Source of the DNA: Bdellovibrionales bacterium Ga0074137
GTDB lineage: Bacteria > Bdellovibrionota > Bdellovibrionia > Bdellovibrionales > JAMPXM01
DNA: 64,000 bases
Reading direction: 5' to 3'
Assembly: GCA_001464715.1 (NCBI GenBank)
Contig: LNDT01000025.1
Location: forward strand, 86,612 to 150,611
Every line of letters begins with the position of its first letter. The first letter of the stretch is position 1. Positions 53,583 to 63,911 of the stretch are shown piece by piece. The notes beneath the pieces are model-generated. The model saw only the letters and a program-made list of their open reading frames with translations. It made no database searches and was not told the DNA's origin. The translations under genes were made by a program, and so were the position numbers.

Positions 53583-56513
53583 TCAAAAAGTACCGATGGA
53601 AAGGTGGTAGGCCTCGGGGCTTTCATAACCGCGTCCAGGGCCCCAATTTTTTCGGTTCAATTTTTTTCCGTACTCAACACCGGCGACAATGCCGCCCGCA
53701 AACTTATAGCGAAGTGCAACGCCGAAAGAGTCCCGATAAGCATCTTCTAGATAGATCTGCGAAAGCAAAACCGCGCCACCGTCGTAAAAGAATGCACCTT
53801 GGAGATCGCCATAAAGAGGGAAGCGCAGTTCAGCTTTTATCAGCGCATAATAGCTGTCGCTTGTGACGTAGAAATCTCGCAGGTTGGGTTTTCCAAGTTG
53901 GACCAAGTTTGGAACTCTTTCGAGATCAAAAGCAGATCCCGAAGGTTCAAATCCACGAAGTGTCGATCGTCCTCCAAGGAAAAAGGCTTCTTGAGCCGGA
54001 ACGCCGCCTTGAGCTAGCTGGGATAAATTTGCTAGATAACCTGCACGGAGAGAGGTCGCGAATAAAAAATTCGGATTCTTTCCAAGTCGGTAGGGTTGAG
54101 ATATCGATGCATTCATTTTCACAAATCGAATCGACTGCGCAATGTCCTCGGAACTTCCCAATAATGGATCTGAATACTCAGCTCCAAGACTCGCGTATAA
54201 TCCCGTGGTCGGGTAAAAGACATTGTCCCGAGAATCGTATTCGATAAGCGGACCTGTTTTTCCAATATTTTGAGTCAGTTTCTGAACGTCTGTACTTCGA
54301 TCAAATTGAGTGAGGGTCGAGAAGCTGTAAGCTGTCAGCGTCAGCTTCAGATACTTCGTGATGTCGCGTTCGACCTGAAGCCCTAACTCATTTTTTTCTT
54401 GAATGATTGTTCGGTCATCCGAATCGATTTCAAAGAACTCGAGCTGCCTGACGAGGTTAACGCGGCCCTTGTTGCGATCGCCGAAAATGTAGGGCTCAAG
54501 ATAGCTCAATGTGATTTTTTGCTCGAGGTAGCTGATCTTTGGGTCAGTCTGATAGCTTGGATCGAATCTCGCGCTGACAGCGCGCCCCGTACCATTGAGA
54601 TTGCGGTAAGCGACGCCGACGTAACCGCGAAACTGAAAGTTTCGGTCATACGCGATACCTGCTCCGGATTCAAAAGTTCCAGGCGGACTTTCTTCGACTT
54701 CGACAATCACTGTTCGATCGCCAATCGAAGTGCCTTCTTCGAGTGTCTTGATGTTCACACGGGCAAAGAGTCCCAGCTTTTGAAGATGAAAAAGCGAGTC
54801 CTCTCTGCGTTCGGGAGTGAAGACGTCGCCTGGCTTGAGGCTTAATTCGCGCAAAATGACTTCGTCTTTTGTGAATGTGTTTCCTTCAAGGAAGAGAGTT
54901 TTAACTGTCACCTTCGGACCTTCGACGATTTGAAACTCGACAGTGGCCTGCGTGCTGGTCTCGTTATACGACACCATTCCGTCTTGCTCATTGACGATTT
55001 TCATCTCGATGAAGCCTTGTGATGAGTAGAACGTTTTTAACGCGTCGATCGATGCGTTGAGATCTTTGATTTTAAGGGACTCGCTGGGCCGAATCGGAAG
55101 AATGTTTTGAAGTTGAATTTTTGAAAAGGACTCGACACCTTCGAAGCGAATTTGTCGGATAACCGTCAGTGGCCCCTCGTCAATATTCAGGATCAGCGTG
55201 GCTTGGCTACCCCGAAAGTTTTGGCCTTTTTCGTCGGATTTCAATGCAGGATCTGGTTTCGGTTTTGCCGACAGGCTGGATGTGAGCGTTGCAGGGCGAG
55301 AGAACTCCGAGCGCCAGGACTTCACTTTGGCTCGCAAGTAGCCTTGGTTCTGAAGCTCTTCTTCGATTTTGCGGATGCCCTCTTCGATATCTTTTCGGTT
55401 GTAGTAGCCTTCACCAATAAGATCCGATGACGAGCTTGAAATAAACTGGGCGTAGTATTCGGCGGCACGAGAAATATTTCCGGTGATCTCGATCTTTTTA
55501 ATTCGAACCCGCGGACCTTCATCGATTTTGAAAATGATCTCTTTCAAAAAACTCGTCGCGTTCGTCTTTTCGGCTGTTTCAACTTGAATATGAGCGAAGC
55601 CATTGGATTGATAAAAGCGACGCGTTCGTTCGGCGAGTTCTGGAACAGGTGTCGTGACGGTCCCAATCAGCTGCTCTAAATTCATGTTTCGAATGAGCGA
55701 TGAGTCATCGTAGGTCGAATTTCCCTCAAAGCGAAATTGATATCTCCACGCGTTTTCAACGGTGAAAACGATGCGCACACGGCTTTGCTCTTCATCAAAA
55801 ACAGCTTGTGGATCAAGAACTCGAGCGGTGAGAAAGCGGTTATTGCGAAGGTCGTCAGATATATCGCGGACGATTGTCTGCAAGTCTTCTTCGCTGAGGG
55901 CGCGTCCCTTGAGACCGCGTGTGATTCGATCAACGCGTTTAACCACTTCCGGATTGGTCGAATCAATCTGAACTCGATCAACGATCGTGGACGGCCCTTC
56001 ATCAATCACGATTTTAAGATTAACTTCCGTGTCATTCGGAGTTTCAAATTCGACTTCGGCGTTCATTCCGCGGTAGCCGCGTTTTCGGTACTCAGTCTGA
56101 AGCGTTCGAACAGATTCGATCAGTTCCTTTCGCTCGAAAACTTTTCCTTCGGAGATTTGTAGAATTTCTCGAACGTCGCGAGCTGCGAAGTTTCGATTTC
56201 CTACGACTGCAATCGATTTAATCTTTCGAAGCGCTGTGGCGACCAGCAAAAGTTCGGGCCCCTCTGGGGTCGCGCGCGCAATGACTTCAACGTTGGAATA
56301 AAGTCCGGTTTTCATCAGGTAACGAACGACCTCATCCACTTCCGAAAGTTCAACACCTCGTTCAAAGACGAAGGGAAACTTCGCCTGTAGCTGTCGGCCT
56401 TGAATCAAAGAGACGCCGGTGAAGCGAAGCACGTGCGGATTGGCGGCTTGAGCCGTCGCACCGAGATTCAAAACAATTAAGCTCGCCAGAAAGCTCAGAA
56501 CGACACGGGTCAT
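53583..56513 (-). CDS. bamA: outer membrane protein assembly factor BamA
   Basis: The ATG at 56513 gives the signal peptide MTRVVLSFLASLIVLNLGATAQA. Repeated POTRA-like modules, and a C-terminal beta-barrel ending ...YHLSIGTF. Confidence 0.85.
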   Translation of the reverse strand: MTRVVLSFLASLIVLNLGATAQAANPHVLRFTGVSLIQGRQLQAKFPFVFERGVELSEVDEVVRYLMKTGLYSNVEVIARATPEGPELLLVATALRKIKSIAVVGNRNFAARDVREILQISEGKVFERKELIESVRTLQTEYRKRGYRGMNAEVEFETPNDTEVNLKIVIDEGPSTIVDRVQIDSTNPEVVKRVDRITRGLKGRALSEEDLQTIVRDISDDLRNNRFLTARVLDPQAVFDEEQSRVRIVFTVENAWRYQFRFEGNSTYDDSSLIRNMNLEQLIGTVTTPVPELAERTRRFYQSNGFAHIQVETAEKTNATSFLKEIIFKIDEGPRVRIKKIEITGNISRAAEYYAQFISSSSSDLIGEGYYNRKDIEEGIRKIEEELQNQGYLRAKVKSWRSEFSRPATLTSSLSAKPKPDPALKSDEKGQNFRGSQATLILNIDEGPLTVIRQIRFEGVESFSKIQLQNILPIRPSESLKIKDLNASIDALKTFYSSQGFIEMKIVNEQDGMVSYNETSTQATVEFQIVEGPKVTVKTLFLEGNTFTKDEVILRELSLKPGDVFTPERREDSLFHLQKLGLFARVNIKTLEEGTSIGDRTVIVEVEESPPGTFESGAGIAYDRNFQFRGYVGVAYRNLNGTGRAVSARFDPSYQTDPKISYLEQKITLSYLEPYIFGDRNKGRVNLVRQLEFFEIDSDDRTIIQEKNELGLQVERDITKYLKLTLTAYSFSTLTQFDRSTDVQKLTQNIGKTGPLIEYDSRDNVFYPTTGLYASLGAEYSDPLLGSSEDIAQSIRFVKMNASISQPYRLGKNPNFLFATSLRAGYLANLSQLAQGGVPAQEAFFLGGRSTLRGFEPSGSAFDLERVPNLVQLGKPNLRDFYVTSDSYYALIKAELRFPLYGDLQGAFFYDGGAVLLSQIYLEDAYRDSFGVALRYKFAGGIVAGVEYGKKLNRKNWGPGRGYESPEAYHLSIGTF

Positions 56514-56517
56514 CGCT

Positions 56518-59500
56518 CTATTTGAACTCAAATTTGTACTCGAAGTCGAGGCCGACCTTGTCTTGATTCGCAGACTGTTGGCCTGTTGAGTCAGATGTCT
56601 CTCCGCGTTCGACACCCTGCCAGCTAACCACTCCTGAAACGCGATCTGTTACGCGGTAGCGAAGTTTGGCTTCGGTCTCTGATTTTTTTCCGAGAGATTG
56701 ACTCCCAGAGGCCTCGAGACGGCGATTGAATTGCTTCTTGATGACGACTTTCTGATAGGCCTCATCGGTGTCGTCGAATCCTGGCGAAAGTTGCACGTCC
56801 ACGCCAAGCTTTCCTGTGACACCTTTTAAAGCCTGATTTGCGACACCCGAAAGTACCTGCGCGCCGGCGTTCATGCCTTGGCTCTGGCTACTCGTTTGAG
56901 TGGACAGTTTTTGATCGGTTGTTCCAAGCGCCAGCAGAGAGAGAATGTCTCGTTCGGGCATTGGCGGAACGCTGGAGACAGAAATCTCTGGTTTTTTTGC
57001 TGTGCCTTGCGCCAGCAGGTTCACGTCGTATTCGCTGACCCGCGTGCGAGCGTTAAGATTAATTCGTGGATTGATGTCGAGTGGGTCTTCAAACGAGAGC
57101 AGGGCTGAAGAAACTTCGAAGATATTTTCTCGGAATTTAATCTTTGTTTCGTTTTGTGTACGAATTTGTCCGATGATTGAGGGTTTGAGTGGGTTTCCTG
57201 TGACTCTCAATTGCCCGCTGGCCGAGCCTTCGATCATTTCGTTTTTCAGTTGAATACCTTTTGAAAAATCAATAGCGAGATCAAGTGCCACGGGCTGGAA
57301 GGATTCTTCCACCAGAAACCGAGGTAAAAACTGATCGCGACGAATGCCGTCGCCAGTTCCGCCCCCCGTGTCGCTGAGCTCTTTTGACATTAAACCATCG
57401 CGAATATTGTACGAACCCTTCAGAAGAAATGGAAACCAACTTCCTGTGAAAGTGAAGCTGCCTGAACCCGACGTCTGGATTTTGTCGGGGATATTTAAGT
57501 TAATTTTTTCGAACGTTCCGGTCACGTTGGTCGGCACTTTTTGTTTTCCCTGAAGTTCAAGACCGCCGGTCGCTTGGATTTTCCCACCAGCGAAATCGGA
57601 CTTCAGAGAATTGATCACCACTTTTTTGTGATTGAAAACAATGTCACTTTGTAAGTTTTCAAAAGCGTGTGGGAATTCCGGGAACTGGATGAACGCGCGG
57701 TCGACGTAGGCCGAGCCAATGACATCGCTGCCTTCAGGCCCGACCTTCAAAGAAACAGCCATAGAAAGGAGACCGCGAAGCTCTTCAAAAAAGGGCGTAA
57801 ATATCGAAAGCAAATTCATGTCGATTTTCGTGTTGATTTGCACGTCGACTTTCCGTGCGGGAGCGTCGCTTCCTTCGCGGTCAGCAATACGGATGTAAGT
57901 TCCATCTCCCTCAAGCTCAAAGTCGCGGACCGAGATGCCGCCATTTTTTGCCTCAAATCGAAGTTCGCGTTTATTTTCGAGTTCGATGCCGCCGCGACGA
58001 AGCGATAACTTTTGAATCGTCGCAGCACCCGTGGAGGCCCAGAATCCACCCCGCGGAGCCTTCAAATCGACTTTTGCTGAAAGCAGTCCTTGAAAATCTC
58101 GGCGGCCCTCGGGGCCTGCGAAAGCCGCAAAGACAGGCGCGTAGTTCCAGTCGACCGATTCGAACTGAAGCGACATCGGCGCTTCAGCTGTCAGCGGCCA
58201 TACAAATTCACCCTTCACGAGATTTCCCATGAAGCGCCCTTGGCCTTCGACCGTCTTTGCTGAGAACCGAAGCTGGAATTCGCTGTCGGGGACATTTGAT
58301 TCAGCAATCGTCGTTCGCGAGAGAGTGCCTTTCATGGCCGTATCGGGAGCAAGCACGGGGCCCTTCATTGTCATGTCAAATCCGACTACTCCCGTGAGCG
58401 CGAATCCAGATTCCGAAATGAAGTTCGTTTCTTCGAGCTTTAGACCGCGACCCCGAAGTTCTGTTTCGATGGTTCCGTCGGGTGACCCGCGACCTGTCAG
58501 CTGGATGACCGATTCGCCTCGTTGGATTGAGACTCGTTCGCTGCGAACATCTCCAGCTTTTGACTTTACATCGAAGTGAGCTTGGTCGAAGTTTTCTCCG
58601 GCCACGGTGCCTTTGAATAAGGAGGACTTAAGATCGTAGGTCATTCTTGAGATGTCGAGCGGGCCGCTGGCTTTGATGGAAGCTTGGCCGGTCCCGGTCA
58701 CTGCGATGGGAAGTGTGAATTTTTTCGAGAAAACTTTAAGAAGGTCGCGGGCGTCAAAAAACGGAACTTTTAAATTCGTATCGATCACAGACCGCTGGAG
58801 ATCAATCGTCACATCACCGCTGTAGCGAGACGTCGTATAGAAACCTTGAAGGGAATTGAACCCAAGTTTTCCAGTCTTGTAGGTCACTATTCCTTTTGGT
58901 TGCCCGAGCCAGAAGTTCTCAAGCCAAAGATCTTGACCCTCGGCCTCCATTCGCAGGCTCGCTTGCGAACTGTTGCCAATTGTTGAGCCTTTGAGTTTTA
59001 GACTTCCTAGGATATTTAGATCTCCCAGTGATGCGAGATCTTTTAGAGCCAGTGTGTCGGCTTCATATTGAATATCGAAGCCCGTCTTATAACGAACTTC
59101 ACCTGAGCTGCGACCCTTGGAATTGGGCATTTCGATTTCAGTTTGATACGAAAATTTTTGAAGATCGAAACTGAAGTCTCCTTTGGAAGTGAAAGATGGA
59201 ATTGCAACAATCGAATCTTTTGGCACACGGCCACGTTGAAGATCACCTTGAACGACAAGATTTTGTCCCGAGAAAACACCTCCGCAGCGAAGGATAAATT
59301 TTGGAACCAGTTGCGACTCGCAAGGGAATTCGCCTTGGGCCGATAACCAAACCGGAATAGGTCCAATTCCCATGTCAGCTAGGAACTCGTGCACTTCGAT
59401 AGCGCCTTTAAGTTTTCCAATTCTTAAAAGCCAGGGCGTTCGGCCTTCAGGCGTTTTCTCCACACCCTCACCAATACGCAAATCGGTCGCAGTCACTGTG

Positions 59501-60564
59501 CCCGAACGCGACACAGAGGCGAGTTCTGAAATGGACAGATACTTTCCATCCCACGCTCCGCGCCCTTTTACCTTATCCAAATGAATACCTTGAACCCTGT
59601 AGTCGACTGTAGCGAGATCAAACTTCGCTGTGACCGGTGCCGATTTCGCCGTTTTCTGAATCTCGATGTCTGAGACAAGCGTTCCACTCATGGGGGGCGT
59701 AGGCTCGGCTTCTTCAAATGACTTTTGAATCCAATCTCGCGTCGATTTGACATCTAGACTCAGATTGCTTTTGAGATTCAGACTCGAAAATTCCAGGCCT
59801 TCCGTGTCGCCATCAAGGCGGCCAGTCACAGAAACGACGGATGTCCCGCGGCGGACTTCGAGATTTAGAATTTCGATGTTCGTTGGTGTCATGATGAGTG
59901 CGATTTCAGGCGCAATGCGAAGCGCACGCTGACCTTTTAGGTCTTTTATCAAAATGGATTCTGCAATCAGATTCGCACTGAGTTTAGCGCGCGACCGATC
60001 AACGTTAAGTCCCAACTGCTCAACGTCGAACTCAAGACCCAAATGAGGAACTGAAACTTCGGCGCTAATTTCCGATAAGATGATTGTGCTCACCGGTATT
60101 CGGTCGAGCTCCTTAAAGAGCCCTTCCAATGGTTTGCCGCCGGTTGTTTTAGGCTTTGGGATTGTGAGGCGGGCTGAAGTACCCCGGATCGCCAGTTCTT
60201 CCACCGACACTTCGCCGCGGATGATTTGGAAAAACGAAAAGTCGATACTCAGTTCCTGAATAGTGAGAGGCGATAAGATTTTGTCGAATTCACCGCTGGG
60301 TAGAATTCGCACGTCATTCAAAGTCACACCGATGGGAAAAATGCGGAAGTCGACCGAGCCCGGTAGAATGCGAACGGGGAGATTGTCTCTGGAAAAGTTA
60401 TCGACGCTGACAAGAAGCCACGATTTTACTTTCGGTAGGGTCTGGGCCAGCACCGTTCCCAGGCCAAAGGCCGCGCCACTCACAAGAAGCGCAAAAACCA
60501 AAAAGCGGCGCGAGAAAAATTTGAATTTTTTCTTCCCGTCGCTCACGGCGCTTCCTCGGTCCAC
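56518..60564 (-). CDS. tamB: TamB / AsmA-like translocation and assembly module protein (DUF490 C-terminus)
   Basis: N-terminal TM anchor, a very long beta-rich body, and a C-terminal segment RDILSLLALGTT...RLEASGSQSL...VSWQ typical of DUF490. Its stop is 4 nt before the bamA start. Confidence 0.75.
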   Translation of the reverse strand: MDRGSAVSDGKKKFKFFSRRFLVFALLVSGAAFGLGTVLAQTLPKVKSWLLVSVDNFSRDNLPVRILPGSVDFRIFPIGVTLNDVRILPSGEFDKILSPLTIQELSIDFSFFQIIRGEVSVEELAIRGTSARLTIPKPKTTGGKPLEGLFKELDRIPVSTIILSEISAEVSVPHLGLEFDVEQLGLNVDRSRAKLSANLIAESILIKDLKGQRALRIAPEIALIMTPTNIEILNLEVRRGTSVVSVTGRLDGDTEGLEFSSLNLKSNLSLDVKSTRDWIQKSFEEAEPTPPMSGTLVSDIEIQKTAKSAPVTAKFDLATVDYRVQGIHLDKVKGRGAWDGKYLSISELASVSRSGTVTATDLRIGEGVEKTPEGRTPWLLRIGKLKGAIEVHEFLADMGIGPIPVWLSAQGEFPCESQLVPKFILRCGGVFSGQNLVVQGDLQRGRVPKDSIVAIPSFTSKGDFSFDLQKFSYQTEIEMPNSKGRSSGEVRYKTGFDIQYEADTLALKDLASLGDLNILGSLKLKGSTIGNSSQASLRMEAEGQDLWLENFWLGQPKGIVTYKTGKLGFNSLQGFYTTSRYSGDVTIDLQRSVIDTNLKVPFFDARDLLKVFSKKFTLPIAVTGTGQASIKASGPLDISRMTYDLKSSLFKGTVAGENFDQAHFDVKSKAGDVRSERVSIQRGESVIQLTGRGSPDGTIETELRGRGLKLEETNFISESGFALTGVVGFDMTMKGPVLAPDTAMKGTLSRTTIAESNVPDSEFQLRFSAKTVEGQGRFMGNLVKGEFVWPLTAEAPMSLQFESVDWNYAPVFAAFAGPEGRRDFQGLLSAKVDLKAPRGGFWASTGAATIQKLSLRRGGIELENKRELRFEAKNGGISVRDFELEGDGTYIRIADREGSDAPARKVDVQINTKIDMNLLSIFTPFFEELRGLLSMAVSLKVGPEGSDVIGSAYVDRAFIQFPEFPHAFENLQSDIVFNHKKVVINSLKSDFAGGKIQATGGLELQGKQKVPTNVTGTFEKINLNIPDKIQTSGSGSFTFTGSWFPFLLKGSYNIRDGLMSKELSDTGGGTGDGIRRDQFLPRFLVEESFQPVALDLAIDFSKGIQLKNEMIEGSASGQLRVTGNPLKPSIIGQIRTQNETKIKFRENIFEVSSALLSFEDPLDINPRINLNARTRVSEYDVNLLAQGTAKKPEISVSSVPPMPERDILSLLALGTTDQKLSTQTSSQSQGMNAGAQVLSGVANQALKGVTGKLGVDVQLSPGFDDTDEAYQKVVIKKQFNRRLEASGSQSLGKKSETEAKLRYRVTDRVSGVVSWQGVERGETSDSTGQQSANQDKVGLDFEYKFEFK

Positions 60565-61616
60565 TGTTGAAGGAGTGTTGTGGCAGAGCGGTAGGTGGGT
60601 CTAACACGCGTGAGACTCTTCATGAGCTCGATCGCAGTGATCGTATCGCCAAGTCCCCAGAGCGCTCGAGCGCGAGCGTAAGTGAGCGCAAACGGCGCTT
60701 CGGGGTCGCCTGCGTATTTCAATTCCAAACTTTCGACTTCACCCAGTGCTGCTGCATACTGACGACCGAGTATCAAAGTCTCTAGTAGAAGCCAATCGAT
60801 ACGGACTGACAAGCGTCTCTTGTCGAGCAGCGCAGCACTCTCATCGTGAAGATCCATGAAAATCAGCATGAGCGCGAGATCGTAGAGCTCGGGCTCGCTG
60901 GCGCTTTTCGCCAGTTGCTGAACGCGTCTTAAAATAGGCTTTGTTGCCTCTTTCATTTCGGGTGAAAGCGTGGAGAATTTTCTTTCGATTTCAGATTTTG
61001 GAGGAGAATGGGCCAACGCGTTTTCAACAATCTCTTGCGCTTCACGAAATTCGAAAAGATTTTTCTCAAGCGAGAGTTCCATGTCGCTCGGATCGAATGC
61101 TTGGATCTCGTCAAGAAGGCGCTTTTCCTGACTCAGCAGTCGATTCACGCGTGCGTAATCGAGCTGCCGCTGCAGGTCCGCTCTTTTTTCTTCGTGAAGA
61201 CGACGAATGTGAGCGACTTTCTGACGGCGGAACTCGGAGGCTCGCGCGTCGAACCGATCAAGCCCAAAACTTTCAACAAGGTCCGACATGCAGTCTGTTT
61301 GAAACGAGGCCGATTGATCAGCGACGCCCTCAAAGATCGCGTCGACTTCAAGGGGCTCAAGCGTTACGCCAAGCTTCGTTACAGTTTCAACCAGCGCCGC
61401 CCATGGTAGTGCCACTTCATTTTTCAAATTTAAGCGCAGTCTTGAGAGTAGTTCTGAATGCAGTCCGGCGGCCGACATGAACCGAGTCAGTGAACGAACG
61501 TCGGCGTCTGAGAGTAGATTTGCGTCCCAGCGTTTGAACAACTGCTTAGCGACGATCGCGGGATCTCCGCTCTCGGCAAATAGCTGTCTGATTTCAGATT
61601 CAAGAGATGTCGACAC
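60543..61616 (-). CDS. hypothetical helical/TPR-like protein
   Basis: Alpha-helical, with a C-terminal TPR-like segment. 22-nt overlap with the tamB start. Confidence 0.45.
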   Translation of the reverse strand: MSTSLESEIRQLFAESGDPAIVAKQLFKRWDANLLSDADVRSLTRFMSAAGLHSELLSRLRLNLKNEVALPWAALVETVTKLGVTLEPLEVDAIFEGVADQSASFQTDCMSDLVESFGLDRFDARASEFRRQKVAHIRRLHEEKRADLQRQLDYARVNRLLSQEKRLLDEIQAFDPSDMELSLEKNLFEFREAQEIVENALAHSPPKSEIERKFSTLSPEMKEATKPILRRVQQLAKSASEPELYDLALMLIFMDLHDESAALLDKRRLSVRIDWLLLETLILGRQYAAALGEVESLELKYAGDPEAPFALTYARARALWGLGDTITAIELMKSLTRVRPTYRSATTLLQQWTEEAP

Positions 61617-61759
61617 CTAGCTATTTTGAGGCATTTTCGCTGTAATTTCAGCGAAATTTAGAGCGTATCGTAGGACTAAGGTCATGACCTGAACGCCGAA
61701 GAAACTCGGCGATCATTGGTTCTTTTGGGGCTTTGAGCCTGTTGGTGTCTTGTTCTTGG

Positions 61760-62323
61760 TTACTTGTTGACGCGCTCGACGTACTCGCCGGTACGCGTAT
61801 CAACTTTCAACACGTCGCCCTCGGTAATGTGCATAGGAACGTGAACTGTGTAGCCAGTTTCAAGAACGGCTGGTTTTTGAGCGCCGGTCACAGTGTTACC
61901 CTTGAACGAAGGGTCTGTTTTTACGACTTTTAGGGCGACCGAGTTTGGAACATCAACGCCGATGGTTTTCCCGTTGAAAAACATAATCACGCAATCAAGA
62001 TTCTCGATCAGAAAGTTTTTTGAATCACCGACATCTTCGTCGTTCAGCGTGACCTGTTCAAAGTTCGTTTGATTCATAAACGAGTAGCCGGATTCGTCTT
62101 TGTAGAGAAACTGCATTTCTTGTGAGGAGATATCGGGGACTTCGAATTTTTCGCCCTGTTTGAAAGTCCATTCGCGGTTTTGACCAGTGATGAGGCTTCG
62201 CGCTTTGCAGCGAGTGAACTGGTTTCCTTTTCCCGGCTTTACGTGCTGGAAGTCGGTGACAGTAAACGGCTCGCCATCGACAAGAAATTTGAGACCTTTT
62301 TTGAAATCTTGAAGCTGATACAT
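61760..62323 (-). CDS. efp: elongation factor P
   Basis: FQHVKPGKGNQFTRCKARSL loop with the conserved Lys. Typical length of 187 aa. Confidence 0.95.
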   Translation of the reverse strand: MYQLQDFKKGLKFLVDGEPFTVTDFQHVKPGKGNQFTRCKARSLITGQNREWTFKQGEKFEVPDISSQEMQFLYKDESGYSFMNQTNFEQVTLNDEDVGDSKNFLIENLDCVIMFFNGKTIGVDVPNSVALKVVKTDPSFKGNTVTGAQKPAVLETGYTVHVPMHITEGDVLKVDTRTGEYVERVNK

Positions 62324-62409
62324 AATTCCTCCGACCGAGATCTTTCGAGGGTTTAGGTGTCGCCGATTCCCGACGGTCGGTCAACTGGCTTGGGTCGCTG
62401 AAATTAGCG

Positions 62410-63258
62410 TCAGCCTTTGAGGCGCTTTAACAAACCCCTCAATTTTTCTTTCTTTTTGGCTTTTGCGGAATCTGTTGTCGCTGCCGGAGGGGTGGTTTTG
62501 ATCATGGCTTGTACATCACTGGGTGAGTGTCCAAGGCGCCGACCCAAAAGCAGCAAACGTTGCTCGATGTCCGGACGGGGGCCGATTTGGCGAAGGCCCC
62601 GAACGAGCGTTGTAAATGCGGCGTTCAGATCGTTTCGAACAGTCAAGGCGTCGGCCATCGAGAGTGTGCGATTGGCTTCGCGATCAGCGAGCTTCGTTGG
62701 TGGAGTTGGCGACGCCGGCTCGCTCTCTACAGAGTCTTGAGTCGGCACGGTGTCTTTTGATGACCACTCGAAAGCTTCATCTTCGAACTCATCGGCGGTC
62801 AAAAATTCCCACTTTCGAACCATTGCTTGCGCGCGGTCGTGAAGGGGATTGAGAAATAAAACCATCTTGAAAGCTTTTAGAGCTTCCTTCGGCCGGCGAA
62901 GTTCCATTTGCGTTTCGCCTAAAAGTTGAAATGCCAAAATATTATCCGGAGACAGTTCGGCGGCCAACGTCAGCTCTCCGACGGCTTTATCAAAAAGTTT
63001 TTTTTCGATGAAAATTCGAGCAAGGGCGATGTGACCTCCGGCAAAGTCCGGATGCATTCGAACGCCGCGCTCGGCAAGTTCGAAAGCTTCATCGATGAGA
63101 CCCATGCGGCGATAAGCTTCGCAGAGCGGAGCGAAAACACGCGACGATGGATTTCGGGCATACTCGATTTGGCAACGTTCGATGAACTCAGCGTTCGGGC
63201 GGCTGAGCTCGCGGCCTTTGAGATTTTTCTCGGGGTCGCTGAATGTTTCTGTCGCCAT
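62410..63258 (-). CDS. TPR-repeat protein
   Basis: Several 34-aa TPR-like units (AYRRMGLIDEAFELAERGVRMHPD, LARIFIEKKLFDKAVGELTLAAELSPDN). Confidence 0.6.
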   Translation of the reverse strand: MATETFSDPEKNLKGRELSRPNAEFIERCQIEYARNPSSRVFAPLCEAYRRMGLIDEAFELAERGVRMHPDFAGGHIALARIFIEKKLFDKAVGELTLAAELSPDNILAFQLLGETQMELRRPKEALKAFKMVLFLNPLHDRAQAMVRKWEFLTADEFEDEAFEWSSKDTVPTQDSVESEPASPTPPTKLADREANRTLSMADALTVRNDLNAAFTTLVRGLRQIGPRPDIEQRLLLLGRRLGHSPSDVQAMIKTTPPAATTDSAKAKKKEKLRGLLKRLKG

Positions 63259-63332
63259 GCTTTGATTGTTGCACTGCGGCTGCCGTTCTTCAAGCCTTGC
63301 TAGCGGATCGCTTGGGTTGCTCTTATCAGAAT

Positions 63333-63911
63333 GTGAACCAGAGCGTGAAAACGATCACTATTTTTGGAGTCGATCCCGGTACGCGCGTCGTCGGTTTTGG
63401 ATGGATCGAAGTCGATTCACAAAATCTGGACGTGATCGTTTCGCGAGGCTGTGGGGTCATCAATGCAATGGCTGCCACCAGTCGCGCTTCTGGTCGCGCT
63501 TCTGGTGTTCCTGAGCGACTTTCCGTCATTCTGCGAGATCTCCAAGCTGTTTTTGCAGAGCGTCGGCCGGACATCGTCGTCGTCGAAAAAGTTTTTTTGG
63601 GAAAAAACGTCGACAGCGCTTTCGTCCTGGGCCAAGGCCGAGGCGTTGTGCTGGCGGTGGCGGCCATGGTCGGAGCCGAAGTTCGGGAAGAAGCCGCAAA
63701 AACAGCAAAGAAGAGCGTGACCGGGCGCGGTTCCGCAGAGAAAACCGAAGTCCGCCAAACGCTGGGTTGGCTTTTGGGAATGAGCGAGGAGCTTGAGAGT
63801 TTACCGATCGATGCGAGCGACGGTTTAGCGTTGGCGTACCAAGGGTGGCGATCGCTTCTGGGCGAACAGCGACTTCAGGACGGAACTTTTCAGGGTGAGG
63901 TGGATTTGTGA
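63333..63911 (+). CDS. ruvC: crossover junction endodeoxyribonuclease RuvC
   Basis: IFGVDPGTRVVGFGWIEV with the catalytic Asp, VVVEKVFLGKN, and DASDGLALAY. GTG start at 63333 or 63345. Confidence 0.85.
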   Translation: MNQSVKTITIFGVDPGTRVVGFGWIEVDSQNLDVIVSRGCGVINAMAATSRASGRASGVPERLSVILRDLQAVFAERRPDIVVVEKVFLGKNVDSAFVLGQGRGVVLAVAAMVGAEVREEAAKTAKKSVTGRGSAEKTEVRQTLGWLLGMSEELESLPIDASDGLALAYQGWRSLLGEQRLQDGTFQGEVDL

